Shown here in pieces: positions 60,861-64,000 of a stretch of DNA of 64,000 nucleotides (its first letter is position 1; each line of letters starts with the position of its first letter). The notes under the pieces are model-generated. The model made no database searches. It worked only from the letters and a program-made list of their open reading frames with translations, and was not told where the DNA came from. The DNA is taken from NCBI RefSeq assembly GCF_046119375.1, contig NW_027362762.1, forward strand, positions 341,620,001 to 341,684,000, read 5' to 3'. A program made the position numbers and the translations under genes. The stretch is from Phyllobates terribilis (lineage: Eukaryota).

Positions 60861-63800
60861 TAGTGTTGAGCGATACCTTCCGATATCAGGAAATATCGTA
60901 TCGGATTGGATCGGGCCGATACCCAAAAAGTATCGGATATCGCCGATTCCGATACCGGAAACCAATGCAAGTCAATGGGACACAAATATCGGAATGAAAA
61001 TAAACCCTTTCTTTCCTTGTAGGTTAATTCTACATGAAGTAAAACAACTAAGAATAATGTAGAATGACATGAAAAGCCGGCAATTCATCAGCGGCATTCA
61101 CCGGTACCCGACAATTTACAACAGAAAGAATAGAGCACCACACATAGATTAGATAGATAGAAACATGTCAGTCACATATATATGAAGTACAGTGACAGTG
61201 TTGCTTACTGTACTTGTCATTTAGTGTAAAGGATTTATTTTAAAAAATATTAGTGTTTTCGTGCACCGTCTCTTTAAGAAAGCCGGCCGGCAATTCAGTA
61301 GCGGTACCCGACAATTTATAACAGACAGAATAGAGCTTCACACATAGATTAGATAGATAGAAACATGTCAGTCACATATATATGAAGTACAGTGACAGTG
61401 TTGCTTACTGTACTTGTCATTTAGTGTAAAGGATTTATTTAAAAAAATATTAGTGTTTTCATGCACCGTCTCTTTAAGAAAGCCGGCCGGCAATTCAGCA
61501 TCTGTACCCGACAATTTAGAATAGAAAGAATAGAGAATCACAGATAGATTAGATAGATAGAAACATGTCAGTCACATATATATGAAGTACAGTGACAGTG
61601 TTGATTACTGTACTTGTCATTTAGTGTTAAAATAAAGGATTTATTTAAAAAAAAATTGGCGTGGGGTTCCCCTTAATTTTAGGCTCTAGCGGAGGTTAAG
61701 CAGACAGCTGGGGCAAATGTTTGAAGCCTGGGAAGGGGGTAATACCCACGGAGCTTCCCCCCAGGCAACTAATATCAGCCCCCAGCTGAATACCTAGCCT
61801 TTACTAGCTATTAAAATGGGGGAACCCCCCAAAAAAAATAACGTGGGGTCCCCCCTAATTTAATAGCTAGCAAAGGCTAGGCAGACAGCTGGGGGCTGAT
61901 TTTAATAGCCCAGGAAGGGTGCCATGAATATTGGCCCCCTCCCAGGCTAGAAACACCAGCCGTCAGCCGCCCCAGAAATGGCGCATCCATAGGATGCGCC
62001 AATTCTGGCACTTAGCCTCGCTCTTCCCACTGCCCTGTAGCGGTGGCAGTGGGGTAATAGGGCTGGGGTTGATGTCAGCTTATAATGCCAGATGACATCA
62101 AGCCCAGGTTAGTAATGGAGAGGCGTCTATAAGACACCCCCATTACTAACCCCATAGTCAAAGTTAAAGAAAAACACAAACACCCAGAATAAAGTCCTTT
62201 AATTGAAATAAACACACAATTCTTTATTGTTCTAAATTAAACCATACTTACCATCACGCCCATTCCAGCTGAAGCCAACGATCTCCTGCAATAAAAGAAA
62301 AATAATAAAGCAACATCATCCTTACCTTTCGATGGTTCCCAGGACAGCTCCAGCTCTGCTACATCGAGATGACAGGCTGGACCGCAGCAGAACGCTGCCA
62401 TCCAGCCTGTCATCCCGCAGACACTGAGAAGCGCAGGCATGCTTGCGCTCCTCAGTGTCTCTCTGTGACGTCATCCAGATGAGCCGAGTTCATGTCCAAT
62501 GAACTCAGCTCACCTCATGCACGTCACTGACAGCGTGGGAAAATTCTCCTGCACTCAGCGCTTCAGCGTGAGAATTCTCCCACGCTGTCAGTGACATACA
62601 TGAGGTGAGGTCATGTCCAATGAACTCAGCTCACCTCATGCACGTCACTGACAGAGTGGGAAAATTCTCACGCTGAAGTGCTGAGTGCAGGAGAATTTTC
62701 CCACGCTGTCAGTGACGTGCATGAGGTGAGCTGAGTTCATTGGACATGACCTCGGCTCATCTTTATGCCGTCACAGCCAGACACTGAGGAGTGGAAGTAT
62801 GTCTGCGAGATGACAGGCTGAATGGCAGCGTTCTGTTGCGGTCCAGCCTGTCATCTCGATGTAGCAGAGCTGAAGCTGTCGTGGGAGCCATGGAAAGGTA
62901 AGGATGAGGTTGCTTTATTATTTTACTTTTATTGCAGGCGATCGTTGGCTTCAGCTGGAATGGGCGTGACGGTAAGTATGGTTTAATTTAGAACAATAAA
63001 GAATTGTGTGTTTATTTCAATTAAAGGACTTTATTCTGGGTGTTGTGTTTTTTTAAATACTTTACTAGAAATTCATGGTGGTCATGTCTAATATTGGCGT
63101 GACCCCATGAATTTCGGGCTTAGGGCCAGCTGATAATGCCAAGCTGGCCTTAACCCCTTTATTACCCAGTGAGCCACCGCACCAGGGCCCTGGATGAGTT
63201 GGGTACAGCGCCAGAAGATGGCGCTTCTATGAACGCGCCATTTTCTGGGGCGGCTGCGGACTGCAATTTGCAGCGGGGGTGGCCCAGAAAGCTTGGGTCT
63301 CCCTGCGCTGCGGATTCCAGCCCCCAGCTGCCTAGTTGTACCTGGCTGGGCACAAAAATAGGGCGAAGCCCCACGCATTTTTTTTTTAAATTATTTCATG
63401 AAATTCATGGAATAATTAAGAAAAAAAGGGCTTCCCTATATTGTTGTGTCCAACCAGTTAAAAATAGGCAGCTGGTGGTTGGGGGCAGCCCGTTCCTGCC
63501 TGCTGTACCTGGCTGGACACAAATATAGTGCGAAGCCCCACGTCAATTTTTTTTTAATTATTTCATGAAATAATTTTTTTGAAAAAGGGCTTCCCTATAT
63601 TGTTGTGTCCGGCCAGGTACAAATAAGCAGCTGGTGGTTGGGGGCAGCCTGTTCCTGCCTGCTGTACCTGGCTGGACACAAATATAGTGCGAAGCCCCAC
63701 GTCAATTTTTTTTTAATTATTTCATGAAATAATTTTTTTGAAAAAGGGCTTCCCTATATTGTTGTGTCCGGCCAGGTACAAATAAGCAGCTGGTGGTTGG

Positions 63801-64000
63801 GGGCAGCCTGTTCCTGCCTGCTGTACCTGGCTGGACACAAATATAGGGCGAAGCCCCACATCAATTTTTTTTAAAATAAATCCTTTATTTTAACACTAAA
63901 TGAAATTTGAGGAGTTAATAAAGATGCAGTCCCTAAATTATTATTTATTTTTTAATTAATTTTTCCCAAAACTTTTGACGTGGGCTTCGCCATATTTTTG
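60861..64000. mobile_element. Large hAT-like non-autonomous element running off the window, with tandems of about 205 bp (x3, 61070-61640) and 159 bp (x3, 63425-63870) and a central palindrome 62170-63054
   Basis: Starts TAGTGTTGAGCGA (compare the TIR of 3519-3827), interrupting a 394-bp unit at CACCAC; 61617-61670 is inverted vs 63855-63905. Confidence 0.6.

Overview
Eukaryotic, almost entirely transposon-derived window with no confidently identifiable host gene. The repeat mix (T2/Kolobok-type TTAA MITEs, V-SINE, CR1/L2, TRT and Intruder Tc1-like elements, sushi-type Gypsy) suggests an anuran amphibian; this is inference. Two young, intact elements stand out. (1) An 8.2-kb Penelope-like element at 7854-16075 with an intact RT + GIY-YIG ORF, pseudo-LTRs carrying minimal hammerhead-ribozyme motifs, a predicted 591-nt intron, a 3148-bp inverted arm and a 13-bp TSD. 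(2) A 4925-bp LTR element at 20118-25042 with apparently identical 1215-bp LTRs, a tRNA-Ser PBS, a PPT and a 4-bp TSD. It has no recognisable gag or pol, and its single long ORF ends in a Y-box-like cold-shock domain; this is the best candidate for an undescribed system. The rest is nested, decayed Gypsy, Tc1, hAT, Harbinger, piggyBac, CR1 and L2 material plus minisatellites. All alignments, folds and counts were done by eye, and no database search was possible.
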